This document shows, piece after piece, positions 26,453 through 35,739 of a stretch of 64,000 nucleotides of DNA. The number at the start of each line of letters is the position of its first letter. The first letter of the stretch is position 1. The notes below the pieces were generated by a model. It had not been told where the DNA came from. It did no database searches and saw only the letters and a list, made by a program, of their open reading frames with translations. The DNA comes from a virus, in IMG/VR virus record IMGVR_UViG_3300050025_000577; one strand, written 5' to 3'. The translations under genes and the position numbers were made by a program.

Positions 26453-26856
26453 AATGACGTTTTCAAGGCACAGATTTTTACATGTCATTTTACCCCCCCG
26501 CTATGCGAAGAAATTGCTTTCATGCGTCAGGTATATAGTTACCCTAAATATTATTGTGGTGAGTTTGTACATCTTTTATTCAAAGCAAACAAAGATATTA
26601 TAAAATCTAAGCACCCCATTGCAGGATTAAGAGTTGAAGACTTTGAATCAACTCTTGAATGGAAAAAACTGGAGAATTACACTATGAAAGAAGAAAATAA
26701 AAGACGCAAGAAGATCAAACATCCCGCGGTCTACAAACCAGAAGATTTGATATAGTAAGAATTTATAGTTACCAAAAATAGTGCCGTCAGGCATGTGGCG
26801 TTCCTTGAGGCACACAAAAAAAAGGAGTAAGTGCTTGCGCACCTACTCCTTTTGTA

Positions 26857-28530
26857 TTACAGGACTGCCAGGAATTCTTTGGCTTGCGGAATGTTCGCCA
26901 GAACCGCCTTGAGCCTGGTCTTGGTCTCTTCGGTCAAGGCCAACTCGTTGTTCTTTGCCTTGCGTGTGGCGACCCACCAGTCAATGCGGCGTTCCTTCTC
27001 GACCAGCACCAAACCCATCTTATCCCCACGAATGGCTTTGATGTGTTCCTGCGGACGAGGAACGCACAACGGAGCCTTCTGCCAGAATGCGCGCATGGCT
27101 TGCTTGCGATCATTCGTGCGCAGATATTCCTTGTTGTAAGCATCCGCTGCTTCCGAAGACATTGCGAAGCGCCAGGCTGCCCATGCGCTCTCATCGGCTT
27201 CCTGGAATGTCGCGCCGTTCGCCAGCGCCTGCAAATACGCCATATTCCACGAGCGCGTCTGCATTGGGTTGACGTGATACTCCGGCATTTTCTCCGCCAG
27301 CATCCGAAGCGTTACTTGATCGTAACGCTCAATGTCGCTTTCCGTTGTCGGAAACACGCCGTTCGGACTGGAGTCGTTGATCAGCTCGACCAGGTCATCC
27401 TGCCAGGCTTCGATGTACTGGATCAGCCCTGGGCGGAAATCAGATGCGATCAAACCGTACCCATCCTGCGCGATCACATCTTCACCGGTTTCTTCCAATG
27501 ATCCTGTGGTCGCGACCAGGAGCGCCACGGCTGCCGCCGTTGTGATGTCCACCGCTTCCAGGCGCTCGATTTCATTCAGCAAATCCGTGTATTCATCGCT
27601 GGCAGTCAGCGCAATACGGAATTCCTTGTACCAGTTCTGCTGGTTGATTTTCAGGATCTTCATGCGCTCGAAGATTTCACTGCGACGCTTGTTGAAGGCT
27701 GCCACTAGTTTCATGGCTTGATAGTACGCTGGCCGATCAATGACCAGTTCGCGCTCTTGCAAGGTTGCGGGAACGAAGCCGCGGTCTTCTCCCGGCTCTT
27801 CTTCATCTTCGCCGCCAATGAACTGCCGGTTGGCCGCCAGGAAAGCCTTGACGGTATTGTCATCCCAGCCGAGATGTTCACGGCATTGTTCAGCCTGCCG
27901 CTCCAGTTCCGTGCCTGGAGTGGAAATGATCGGGGCGACGCCGTCAAATCCATCTCCATCATCCTTTCCAGGCATGAAGATGATTTGCAGGAGCTTCAAC
28001 TCGCCTTCGTCACGGCTATTGATCGGATGGCGCTCTGGTAGACTGGCAATCAATTGCTCGAAGGTCAATTCGGTCTCGCCAGTGTATGCGTCTATGTAAT
28101 CGGCGGTTTCGAGATCGCCGTCCCCCAATGTCTGTTCCAGATACAGCTCTCTGAGCGTCTCGGTTGCCAGGAGCGAGCTGGACACTTTCAATCCGGCTGC
28201 TGCGCGCAAAGCCGCCGAATATTTGCGATACAGATCCGCCGGCTTGGTCGCTTTGGTATTCCCCTTCTTGCGCTCTGCTGCCGCCTGATCCATCTCCAGG
28301 CTGGCCGCATTGACCAGAGCGAGGACTGCCTTGCCGAGCAACTGACGGGCCGTGGAAGCCCATACCGTCTTTGTGACACCGGCATCAGTCAACGTCTTGG
28401 TAATCACACTGAAATACACCAACGGATCGTTTCCACACTTGAGGAAATTGTTGGCTTGAAGAATGGCGATTGGAGTTTCGCCAATGTGGACATCATCCAC
28501 CAAACTGCCTGTGACTTGCATCGGGTACAT
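26857..28530 (-). CDS. Large hypothetical phage protein (557 aa)
   Basis: Long ORF with RBS; no motif recognised. Confidence 0.75.
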   Translation of the reverse strand: MYPMQVTGSLVDDVHIGETPIAILQANNFLKCGNDPLVYFSVITKTLTDAGVTKTVWASTARQLLGKAVLALVNAASLEMDQAAAERKKGNTKATKPADLYRKYSAALRAAAGLKVSSSLLATETLRELYLEQTLGDGDLETADYIDAYTGETELTFEQLIASLPERHPINSRDEGELKLLQIIFMPGKDDGDGFDGVAPIISTPGTELERQAEQCREHLGWDDNTVKAFLAANRQFIGGEDEEEPGEDRGFVPATLQERELVIDRPAYYQAMKLVAAFNKRRSEIFERMKILKINQQNWYKEFRIALTASDEYTDLLNEIERLEAVDITTAAAVALLVATTGSLEETGEDVIAQDGYGLIASDFRPGLIQYIEAWQDDLVELINDSSPNGVFPTTESDIERYDQVTLRMLAEKMPEYHVNPMQTRSWNMAYLQALANGATFQEADESAWAAWRFAMSSEAADAYNKEYLRTNDRKQAMRAFWQKAPLCVPRPQEHIKAIRGDKMGLVLVEKERRIDWWVATRKAKNNELALTEETKTRLKAVLANIPQAKEFLAVL

Positions 28531-28599
28531 CGGGTTCTCCTTTCAAACGAAAAAGCCCCGTGAGGTCATCACAGGGCTTGGGTTCGAGCTATTCGATTG

Positions 28600-29073
28600 T
28601 TAGATTACGGTTTCAGCGACCGGCTGCTCTTCCAGCGGGATGTCAGCCTGAGCATCGCCGACATCATTGGTTCCGTCGTCCTTGCCGTTTTCCAGCAAGC
28701 GCAGGGACGTGGTGTGGCTGGTCTTGATGCTCTCGTAAGCATCGCCGTTTTCCGGCTGATAGCGTTCGGCCAACAGGTCAGCCAGGCTGAAGGTGACTTC
28801 GACCACTGCGCCCTTGCGGATGTTCATGGTGCGCACTTTGTCGGCTTGCGGACCCCACACCGCGAACTCGATGATGTTGCCTTTGCGCTCCCAGACCTTC
28901 TGTCCATTATCGTCGATCACTTCCTGGCCGTTCTGTTTCTTGGTCCACGAGCGATCGAAAGCGACACGCACGTTGACAACATTGGTGCCTTCCTTTTTGG
29001 TCGAGCGCGGCGCACGGGTTACGTGACCTTTGGCCGACACCATCGCGTCTTCGTTGGAAAGTTTGATTTGCAT
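28600..29073 (-). CDS. ssb: Single-stranded DNA-binding protein
   Basis: OB fold: GHVTRAP..VVNVRVA..EFAVWGPQAD..KGAVVEV; acidic tail. Confidence 0.8.
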   Translation of the reverse strand: MQIKLSNEDAMVSAKGHVTRAPRSTKKEGTNVVNVRVAFDRSWTKKQNGQEVIDDNGQKVWERKGNIIEFAVWGPQADKVRTMNIRKGAVVEVTFSLADLLAERYQPENGDAYESIKTSHTTSLRLLENGKDDGTNDVGDAQADIPLEEQPVAETVI

Positions 29074-29099
29074 TGTATACTCCTGTTGAGAATGATTTT

Positions 29100-29142
29100 G
29101 AGCTTGCGCTCAATGAACCAAACGCCGTAAGGCATCTGGTTC
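29100..29142 (-). repeat. 43-nt two-hairpin leader motif, copy 1
   Basis: GAACCAGATGCC-TTAC-GGCGTTTGGTTC-ATT-GAGC-GCAA-GCTC. Confidence 0.8.
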
Positions 29143-29175
29143 TTTTGGTTTATTCAGTTAGCTTACAAGTGGCTT

Positions 29176-29204
29176 ATTATTATTCCAACCCCCTGTTTTG
29201 TCAA
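29176..29204 (-). promoter_or_regulatory. Sigma70-type promoter upstream of ssb
   Basis: TTGACA, 17 bp, AATAAT; TTGGAATAA overlaps the spacer/-10. Confidence 0.6.
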
Positions 29205-29230
29205 TCGGCACATATACGGCACGAACGAGC

Positions 29231-29659
29231 CTAATGGCCTAGTCGTGCCAGTAGCACTTCACGTGGTTCCTGAACGATCCTGACATTGTTCAGGCCAGCC
29301 AGAAGATTTCTTGCATTCAGGATCGGCTCGCGCAGATGAGGCGCTTTGATCTTGTAATTCTGCGTAAGCCACCCCACGACATCTTCGCAATCTGTATGCA
29401 GCACGACCTGCTCTTTATTGCCGCGCGCCTGCAATTCAGCAATGTACAAGAGAGCATAAAAGGCGCTCATGATCTCGGCCATCGGGCTGGTCTGATGCTC
29501 AAAGTCTTTCAAGTCAGGATGGAATACCGCCATTTCCCGATCCTGAAAGTGGAAGGAATGCGGCTTATCGTTCACATCCACAGCGACTGAGCCATACATT
29601 TCCGCATCGGGACGGCCATTATTTTTGCACCCGCCGTCGGAAAATACATCGATTTTCAT
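29231..29659 (-). CDS. RNase HI-like protein
   Basis: VFSDGG..NG, AEIMSA, LHTDCEDV, terminal LGH. Confidence 0.8.
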   Translation of the reverse strand: MKIDVFSDGGCKNNGRPDAEMYGSVAVDVNDKPHSFHFQDREMAVFHPDLKDFEHQTSPMAEIMSAFYALLYIAELQARGNKEQVVLHTDCEDVVGWLTQNYKIKAPHLREPILNARNLLAGLNNVRIVQEPREVLLARLGH

Positions 29660-29774
29660 TGGATCTCCTTTGAGCCTTTTTGAGGTGAATTCGAGCCAGA
29701 ATTTGGGACTTTTGAGAGTAATGAGAGAGAAAGAAGGGCGAACGATATAGACCCGTCTCTCTCTTCACGCAGAT

Positions 29775-30128
29775 TTAGAACGGGCAATTGCCATCGAGCA
29801 TGCCCTCGACATACGAAATCCCACTTTTCCGATGCAGCCACTCAAACGCTGCCCGAATGTCGGCTTCGGTGTAGAGCGTCATCGACAAAGTATCCAACGT
29901 CGGAACGTTGCATCGCTCCCCCTTTTCCATCATGACGATGGACAAGTAACCTTGAGGGGTAAACGCCAGGTGCAGGACGCGCTTGCGACGATACTTCCTG
30001 CAAGCATTCAACGCTTCCAGCATGATCGCGGTTGTATCGGCGCTGTACTGCCCACGCTCAGAAGCAAAGATGCACGCTTCGGTGTGCGGGGAAACAGGAT
30101 CAACATCAGTAAACGATTTCAGTTTCAT
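29775..30128 (-). CDS. Hypothetical phage protein
   Basis: GGAGG RBS, ATG at 30128. Confidence 0.6.
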   Translation of the reverse strand: MKLKSFTDVDPVSPHTEACIFASERGQYSADTTAIMLEALNACRKYRRKRVLHLAFTPQGYLSIVMMEKGERCNVPTLDTLSMTLYTEADIRAAFEWLHRKSGISYVEGMLDGNCPF

Positions 30129-30153
30129 ACGAAACCTCCATAGGTTGAAATGC

Positions 30154-30196
30154 GAGCCGCAGCTCAACGAAACAAACGCCGTGAGGCATCTGTTTC
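30154..30196 (-). repeat. 43-nt two-hairpin leader motif, copy 2
   Basis: GAAACAGATGCC-TCAC-GGCGTTTGTTTC-GTT-GAGC-TGCG-GCTC; compensatory C-G to A-T change relative to copy 1. Confidence 0.8.
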
Positions 30197-30204
30197 GTCG
30201 CAAT

Positions 30205-30516
30205 TCACAATGGACATCCGGCTGCAAACCAGTCAACGATCACATCCCCATGACAGGCTTCCGGCTTGCAGAAGCAAACCAACCGCTTATCTTTAAGTTC
30301 ACGCACACGCCGCAGATACTCAGCATCTTCGTGAATGCGTTTCCAGAACATGCGCTTGAATGCTGCAATACAGCCAGCACGATCGTGATGTACTTTGCAT
30401 ATCGAGCACCACCCAATAGGATGCGGGTTACCAAAGTACCCGTCTTCCCCATGCCCTTTGCGCCCGATATACACATCGCCAGATTTGCGATCTCGGATGT
30501 TGATGACTTTGCACAT
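30205..30516 (-). CDS. DUF4326-like protein
   Basis: DVYIGR..GYFGNPH..LVCFCKPEACHGDV. Confidence 0.8.
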   Translation of the reverse strand: MCKVINIRDRKSGDVYIGRKGHGEDGYFGNPHPIGWCSICKVHHDRAGCIAAFKRMFWKRIHEDAEYLRRVRELKDKRLVCFCKPEACHGDVIVDWFAAGCPL

Positions 30517-30519
30517 GTG

Positions 30520-30642
30520 CTATCCACCGAACGCCTTGAGCGTGTCGAAGCCGGCTGCCAGCATAACGAACACTGGATGCAGAATGATGGAAACAGCGAC
30601 GAGAGCAAGCACAAGCACAATTACAGGAATTAAGTTACGCAT
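30520..30642 (-). CDS. Small membrane peptide
   Basis: 40 aa, hydrophobic, RBS GGAG. Confidence 0.45.
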   Translation of the reverse strand: MRNLIPVIVLVLALVAVSIILHPVFVMLAAGFDTLKAFGG

Positions 30643-30666
30643 TGGATCTTCTCCAGAGTAGGATAT

Positions 30667-30709
30667 GAGCAGACGCTCAACGAACGAAACGCCGTTAGGC
30701 ATCTGGTTC
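30667..30709 (-). repeat. 43-nt two-hairpin leader motif, copy 3
   Basis: GAACCAGATGCC-TAAC-GGCGTTTCGTTC-GTT-GAGC-GTCT-GCTC. Confidence 0.8.
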
Positions 30710-30720
30710 GCCTGGAGAAG

Positions 30721-31068
30721 TCACACTTCATCCCAGCACATATCGTCACGTTCTCGGATGCTCGGGATTGCGTACACACTGTCGCTTTGAGTAGCCATTT
30801 CGAGAGCGCGAGCCGGATCAATTCCCAGATGATCCATCTGCGCACGAATACGCTCCTCGTTGTACTCATCACAGCACTCTTCGCAGTAGCCGCCGAAGCA
30901 ACGGGTCCAACCATGGACTTTGCAATAGCCTTCGAGATAGCACTCATGACCAGATGAACGCGAGAGCTCATCAGCCATGAATTGAGCTTCTTCAAACAAC
31001 GTACCTTCATCAACGACGTGAACCTCAGGAACAAAACTGGCTTCTACAATGCGGTATTCGGTGGACAT
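30721..31068 (-). CDS. Cys-containing hypothetical phage protein
   Basis: CKVHG..CFGGYCEECC. Confidence 0.55.
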   Translation of the reverse strand: MSTEYRIVEASFVPEVHVVDEGTLFEEAQFMADELSRSSGHECYLEGYCKVHGWTRCFGGYCEECCDEYNEERIRAQMDHLGIDPARALEMATQSDSVYAIPSIRERDDMCWDEV

Positions 31069-31334
31069 GGCAAATGCCTTTCAGTTGGAATGGGATACAG
31101 GTTTCCCTGTTCACAAAAACTGCGCCGTAGGCATCTTGCGTGCTGGGTGAACAAGAGTTCATGGTGTGCAGTGCCAAAGCCCGCGGCAGCGGGCCGGGAA
31201 GACACCATGGTGAACACGGACGGTGGGGCGTTCACTGGCGAACGACAAAAAATAAGAGATAAATACCCCTGTACCGCAACAGTCCAAAAGTCGACTTGAA
31301 AAAATCGAAAGGGTCAAAAAGTCGAACCAGGCTT

Positions 31335-31841
31335 TTACCTGGCTCCATGTATTTGATGCAGCCGATATCCGAAGTCAAGATCTTCCCGCTGTTCTTTCAA
31401 AGACATGAATTCTTCCGGAACGGGAACGAGTTGGCCGAGGAACCCTTTCCGGAAGAGGATCCGAAATCCATACCCAAATTCAACAACGCTTTGCACGGTG
31501 TCTGCCGTGAACCCGTGCTCGTGCATGGCTCGGACGATATCGTATAGGTTGAAATGCGCGCATTGGAGAGCAGCTTCCAGCGGAATGTGCATGACGAGTT
31601 TTCCGTCCTCTGCGATGACCGCCAGGAGCTTTTCGATAGCCTCGCCTGGAAGGGGGTAGGGATAGTTGAGCGTGACTTTGATCTTGTCATAATGTTCGCC
31701 CGGAAAATCCCAGGGCGCCTGGAGAGAGATGCGGGGAGCTTCGGCGACCATCGCGCCTGCGTCATCTTCCGTGCTCCGTGAATATTCCATCGCCCCGTGA
31801 TTGTCCATTTCAAACGTGCGTACCCTCAAAACGTTAAGCAT
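31335..31841 (-). CDS. Hypothetical phage protein, first leftward gene
   Basis: Adjacent to the divergent control region. Confidence 0.6.
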   Translation of the reverse strand: MLNVLRVRTFEMDNHGAMEYSRSTEDDAGAMVAEAPRISLQAPWDFPGEHYDKIKVTLNYPYPLPGEAIEKLLAVIAEDGKLVMHIPLEAALQCAHFNLYDIVRAMHEHGFTADTVQSVVEFGYGFRILFRKGFLGQLVPVPEEFMSLKEQREDLDFGYRLHQIHGAR

Positions 31842-31980
31842 AAGCCTCCGAAAGTTTCCGACAACAGAAACAATCTAACAGAACATTTGTTCTATTGACT
31901 GGAAGAGATGAGTTCCAGTTGGGGATTATAAACACATTTGATATTTTTGGAAAGATTGATTTCCAAATGGTGCGCAACCC

Positions 31981-32009
31981 TTGACAGACTGGAACAGTGC
32001 CGCTACAAT
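31981..32009 (+). promoter_or_regulatory. Sigma70-type promoter of the late operon, in an AT-rich divergent control region (31842-32121)
   Basis: TTGACA, 17 bp, TACAAT; CTGGAACAGT in the spacer; ACTGGAA-N8-TTCCAGT at 31898-919. Confidence 0.75.
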
Positions 32010-32121
32010 CCGAATGCAAACGAAGCGGCGAGGAATTAAATTACATAGATACTCGATAAAACAACTTTATTAAGTATTCACGTAATTTAATCGTCCGCCC
32101 AAAATTGAAAAGGAGTTTTTT

Positions 32122-32505
32122 GTGAACCCAACGAGCGACATTCTCTCCACCCTGCTCCAGGCCCTGCTGCCCTTGCTGCTGACCGCCCTGGTGGGTATCG
32201 GATCGTATTATCTGCATCAGTTCAACGCATACATGTCCACCAAGGCCGGCGCTGACCACTGGAATTTCCTCAAGTCGCTGGCTGCGACCGTTGTGGCTGC
32301 CCTGGAACAAAGCCCGGCCTATCGTGACTGGGACGGCTCCAAGAAGAAAGAAGCGGCCATGATGCAACTGATCCAACTGGCCGCCAAATACGGCATCACG
32401 ATCGGCTCTGAACAACTGAGCAACCTGATCGAGGAAGCCGTCCAGTTGATGAAGGTGGATCTCGGCGATATCGCTCCATCTCCCCTGTCCATCCCAGCCC
32501 AATAA
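32122..32505 (+). CDS. Holin, LL-H-like family
   Basis: N-terminal TM; TVVAALEQ..GSKKKEAAM..QLSNLIEEAV. Confidence 0.75.
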   Translation: MNPTSDILSTLLQALLPLLLTALVGIGSYYLHQFNAYMSTKAGADHWNFLKSLAATVVAALEQSPAYRDWDGSKKKEAAMMQLIQLAAKYGITIGSEQLSNLIEEAVQLMKVDLGDIAPSPLSIPAQ

Positions 32506-33038
32506 TGGACCTGAGTGGCTCCTGGAAGATGTTGGCAGCCATTGCACAGGAGAGACTGAAGCACAACAAGACGTCGCATCACGTTTCCGAGTACGGAACG
32601 GACATTGAACTGATCGGGGCTGCCGGCGAACTGGCAGCCCGCCGGTTCCTGAACCTGGAGGAAACCCTGCATATCCGTTTTGACAACGGGGTGGATATGC
32701 GAGTCGGTGGCTACACCATCGATGTCAAAGCCACCATGCTTACAAGGAACGTCCGCTATCGTTACTTGCAGTGGCCTTATTGGAAACCGGTCCGGTCCAG
32801 CATCATTCTGCTGACCGCGGTATCCATACCCAATCAGAAAGCCATCGTCATTGGGTACGCTTTCAAACACGAGATCGAGAGAGCTCCCATCAACCTCTTG
32901 AGAGACTTTCCCTGTCACGAGATCCCGGTTGCCCGTCTGCATCCGGCAAGCGAGTTGTTGACCTTACAACATGCCTTCCTGCCCAAAGCCCCGGCGCGTC
33001 GTCGCGCCAAACATCACTCGCCTGGCCCGGCAGCGTGA
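32505..33038 (+). CDS. PD-(D/E)XK-like nuclease
   Basis: GAAGELA..GVDM..IDVKAT. Confidence 0.6.
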   Translation: MDLSGSWKMLAAIAQERLKHNKTSHHVSEYGTDIELIGAAGELAARRFLNLEETLHIRFDNGVDMRVGGYTIDVKATMLTRNVRYRYLQWPYWKPVRSSIILLTAVSIPNQKAIVIGYAFKHEIERAPINLLRDFPCHEIPVARLHPASELLTLQHAFLPKAPARRRAKHHSPGPAA

Positions 33039-33279
33039 CGGCTATTGTTTGTATGGTCTGTGGCACAAGGATGGCTGCTCGAACGATCTGGACGGTCATC
33101 ACATTATTCCGATCGGCGTGGGAGGGCCGGATATTCTGGAAAATGTAATCAGCCTGTGTCGGAAACACCACACATTGGCTGAAGCAAGAAGGATCGAGCC
33201 GGATGAGCTCAGAAGGCTCATGGGTGTTTATCACGGCTACCAGTACGAAGAAAATGGTTTTCCAATTTTGGAGGCGTAA
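32971..33279 (+). CDS. HNH endonuclease, packaging-associated
   Basis: RDGYC..HHIIPIGVGG..ENVISLCRKHH. Confidence 0.85.
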   Translation: MPSCPKPRRVVAPNITRLARQRDGYCLYGLWHKDGCSNDLDGHHIIPIGVGGPDILENVISLCRKHHTLAEARRIEPDELRRLMGVYHGYQYEENGFPILEA

Positions 33280-34262
33280 TGGAAGAGAACGGAGTTGTAG
33301 ACCTGCAAAAGCTGGACGAAGCGGAAATGCAGGCGATCGCACGATTTGAGCGCCGGTTTATATTCACCAACCCGAAACCGGTCGCGCCAAAGGCTTTCTC
33401 GATCCGGGATCTTGGGATTGAGTTTCCTTTGACGATCATCACCGGCATCGCGGCCATCGTCCAGGCGGCCATGCGAACCGGCTACAAGTTCTTTGAATTG
33501 GCGTCGCGCAACGGCATGGGCATTGGAAGTTGGGTGGACGGCGCATCCGCCATGATTGGCGTGGAAGGCTTTATCGCCATGATCGGCTTCACCCGCGCCC
33601 GCGCTCAAGGCCGGGAATTGATCAACGATGGTAAGTTGAAGATCAGCGCCACCAAGGAGTGGATCGGATTGATCATCGCCCTGGCGATCTCCGTCACCAC
33701 CGGTCTGGCGCAAAGCATAACGGGCACCACGATCCCGATGGCATTCCAGGGATTCGTAGATTGGCTGGTCGTGGTCTTCCTGGGCGTGGGTGCTTCCATC
33801 CTGGCGTATTTTGCCGGCGAGATCTCCGGCGTGATGGCTGTGCGGGCCGAGATGATCTATCTTTCCGGCCTCGGAAAGTTCGAGATGGAACTGAAAGTCT
33901 GGAACGACACCCTCAAGGCAGCCTGGGAGAAGTCGGACGAGAAAGCGTATCTGCACGTGGATCTCAAAGGATTGACCACGATTGCCCGCGGCAGGTACCG
34001 GTCTACGGGCGTTCGCCCGTTCGTTCGCTCCGCCGAACGAACGAACGGCCCAAGCGAAGTGGAGACCAGGATACTGGCTTACTTGGAAAAGAATTCCACG
34101 CTTGAGTTTATTCCTGGTCCGTCCCAGATAGCTCGCGATGAAGGCGTTTCCAAAAGCTACGCGTCCGAGATCATCAAGAAGTACCGTGCCTCTCACCCGC
34201 TCCAGGCAGGTGAACCCACGGACTCGCACACACAGGAGTTGGATGTCGTTGCTGTCCAATAA
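33279..34262 (+). CDS. Multi-TM membrane protein with C-terminal HTH
   Basis: About four hydrophobic segments; GPSQIARDEGVSKSYASEII. Confidence 0.7.
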   Translation: MEENGVVDLQKLDEAEMQAIARFERRFIFTNPKPVAPKAFSIRDLGIEFPLTIITGIAAIVQAAMRTGYKFFELASRNGMGIGSWVDGASAMIGVEGFIAMIGFTRARAQGRELINDGKLKISATKEWIGLIIALAISVTTGLAQSITGTTIPMAFQGFVDWLVVVFLGVGASILAYFAGEISGVMAVRAEMIYLSGLGKFEMELKVWNDTLKAAWEKSDEKAYLHVDLKGLTTIARGRYRSTGVRPFVRSAERTNGPSEVETRILAYLEKNSTLEFIPGPSQIARDEGVSKSYASEIIKKYRASHPLQAGEPTDSHTQELDVVAVQ

Positions 34263-35739
34263 CGACCAGGTCATATTGCAAGCCGCCCTTCGCGAGAAAG
34301 GCGGCTTTCACCTGGCTACCCAGTGGTTCTTTGGTTGGGAACCGCTGTCGTATCAGTATGTCTGGCATCATATCCCTGTCCTGAATACCACATTTCTTGG
34401 CGGGATTGGCTCAGGAAAAACTGCCGGAACATCGGCTTCTTATGCGACCGATTGTTTGTCCATTCCTCATTTTAGGGCGCTCAATGCTTCTGTCACCGCC
34501 AAGCAAGCCGAGCTGGCTTACGACATGGTGGATGCCTGGTCGGAAAACAATCCACGTTTCAAGCGGTTGATCGTGGAACGCACGCTGCGCCCTTATCCCA
34601 TTTTGAAATTCTACAATGGTTCCGTTTACGAATTCCGCACCGCCGGCCAGGGAGCGAAGTTCATCCGCGGCCATGAGTATGACCGGATCAACTATGACGA
34701 AGGCGAGTTGGATGAAGACGGCGAAGCGGTCAAGGTTTTGCGCGGTCGTCTGCGTGGAACACGCCCTGATGGAACGACCCGCATGGCGCGCCTGGATGTC
34801 ACGGGTACGCCTGCGCCGGTCGAATGGTTCAGGACGCGCTTCGAGATCGGCCTTCCGGGCCACGAACGAGCCACGCTGGAAACGCTGAAGCATTACTTCT
34901 CCATGCGCGTGCGCACCCGGGACAATACTCGTCTGACCAACGAGCAGATCGAGCTGATGGAAGCGGAGTTCCCGGCGGAATACGCGAAGATCGAGCTGGA
35001 CGCCGAATTTCCGGATTACGGGATGAGCACCTTCCCGCATAATCACATTCGCGCCTGCACGGATCCCAGCTTGAATGACGAAATGACGGAAGCTGTCTCA
35101 GAAGCGACGCATCCCAAAGCGGGATATAACATCGAAGAATGGCCTCGAGTGGGGACAGTCTTGATGGAGTTTCCTGTGGAGCTTGGTCACGTGTACGTGC
35201 AAGCCGGCGATCCTGGCACCGAAAATCCCCCCAAACGAAATGCGGCCTGCGTGATGGTATTCGACGTGACAAAGGTCCCATCGCAGATGGTGTATTTCCA
35301 CTGGGTATCCGGGAAAGGTTCTTACACTCCATTCCTGAATTCCTTCAAGTACGCCATGGAGAAATATGTCCCTGAGGCCAAGGGCATGGATGTCACCGGA
35401 ACTCAAAAGGCGCTGGACGAACTCGGCTTCGAGGCGTTCGGGTTGACCATCGATCCCTTGTATTTCGGCGGCCTCAAAGACACCCTGATCAATTCCCTGT
35501 CTTTGGCGCTGGCCGGCCACACACTGCGCTACCCAAGAATTGAAGGATTGAACAAGCAACTTATGGCTTACCACCGCGAAGATGACAAGAATGAGGAACA
35601 GGACCTGGTGATGACCCTGGCAATGATCGCTTACCTGAAACGATTTGTGAATCCAGAAACTGCTAAGGAAAAGCGCGGTTCGGTTCCACCTCCCCGCAAC
35701 CGCCATCACAGAACTGTTCGTAATGGAGTACGACGATAA
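34243..35739 (+). CDS. terL: Terminase large subunit
   Basis: Walker A GGIGSGKT, Walker B INYDE, nuclease AGDPG and QDLVMTLA. Confidence 0.9.
   Translation: MSLLSNNDQVILQAALREKGGFHLATQWFFGWEPLSYQYVWHHIPVLNTTFLGGIGSGKTAGTSASYATDCLSIPHFRALNASVTAKQAELAYDMVDAWSENNPRFKRLIVERTLRPYPILKFYNGSVYEFRTAGQGAKFIRGHEYDRINYDEGELDEDGEAVKVLRGRLRGTRPDGTTRMARLDVTGTPAPVEWFRTRFEIGLPGHERATLETLKHYFSMRVRTRDNTRLTNEQIELMEAEFPAEYAKIELDAEFPDYGMSTFPHNHIRACTDPSLNDEMTEAVSEATHPKAGYNIEEWPRVGTVLMEFPVELGHVYVQAGDPGTENPPKRNAACVMVFDVTKVPSQMVYFHWVSGKGSYTPFLNSFKYAMEKYVPEAKGMDVTGTQKALDELGFEAFGLTIDPLYFGGLKDTLINSLSLALAGHTLRYPRIEGLNKQLMAYHREDDKNEEQDLVMTLAMIAYLKRFVNPETAKEKRGSVPPPRNRHHRTVRNGVRR

Larger units (their letters stand above)
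23395..26543. mobile_element. Non-autonomous IS1595-family element with passenger genes
   Basis: 23-bp TIRs GGTAACTATATAC(T/C)TGACGCATG, one mismatch; 8-bp TSD CTAAATAT (23387-94, 26544-51); transposase C-terminal remnant. Confidence 0.92.
22690..26755 (+). pseudogene. Membrane protein gene split by an IS1595-type insertion (parts 22690-23394 and 26552-26755)
   Basis: Removing 23395-26551 joins ...NDISKY to YCGEFVHLL...PEDLI in frame. Confidence 0.85.

Noticed and set aside
29100-30709. The 43-nt repeats as a CRISPR array
   Set aside because: Separated by whole genes (about 0.5-1 kb), not by spacers
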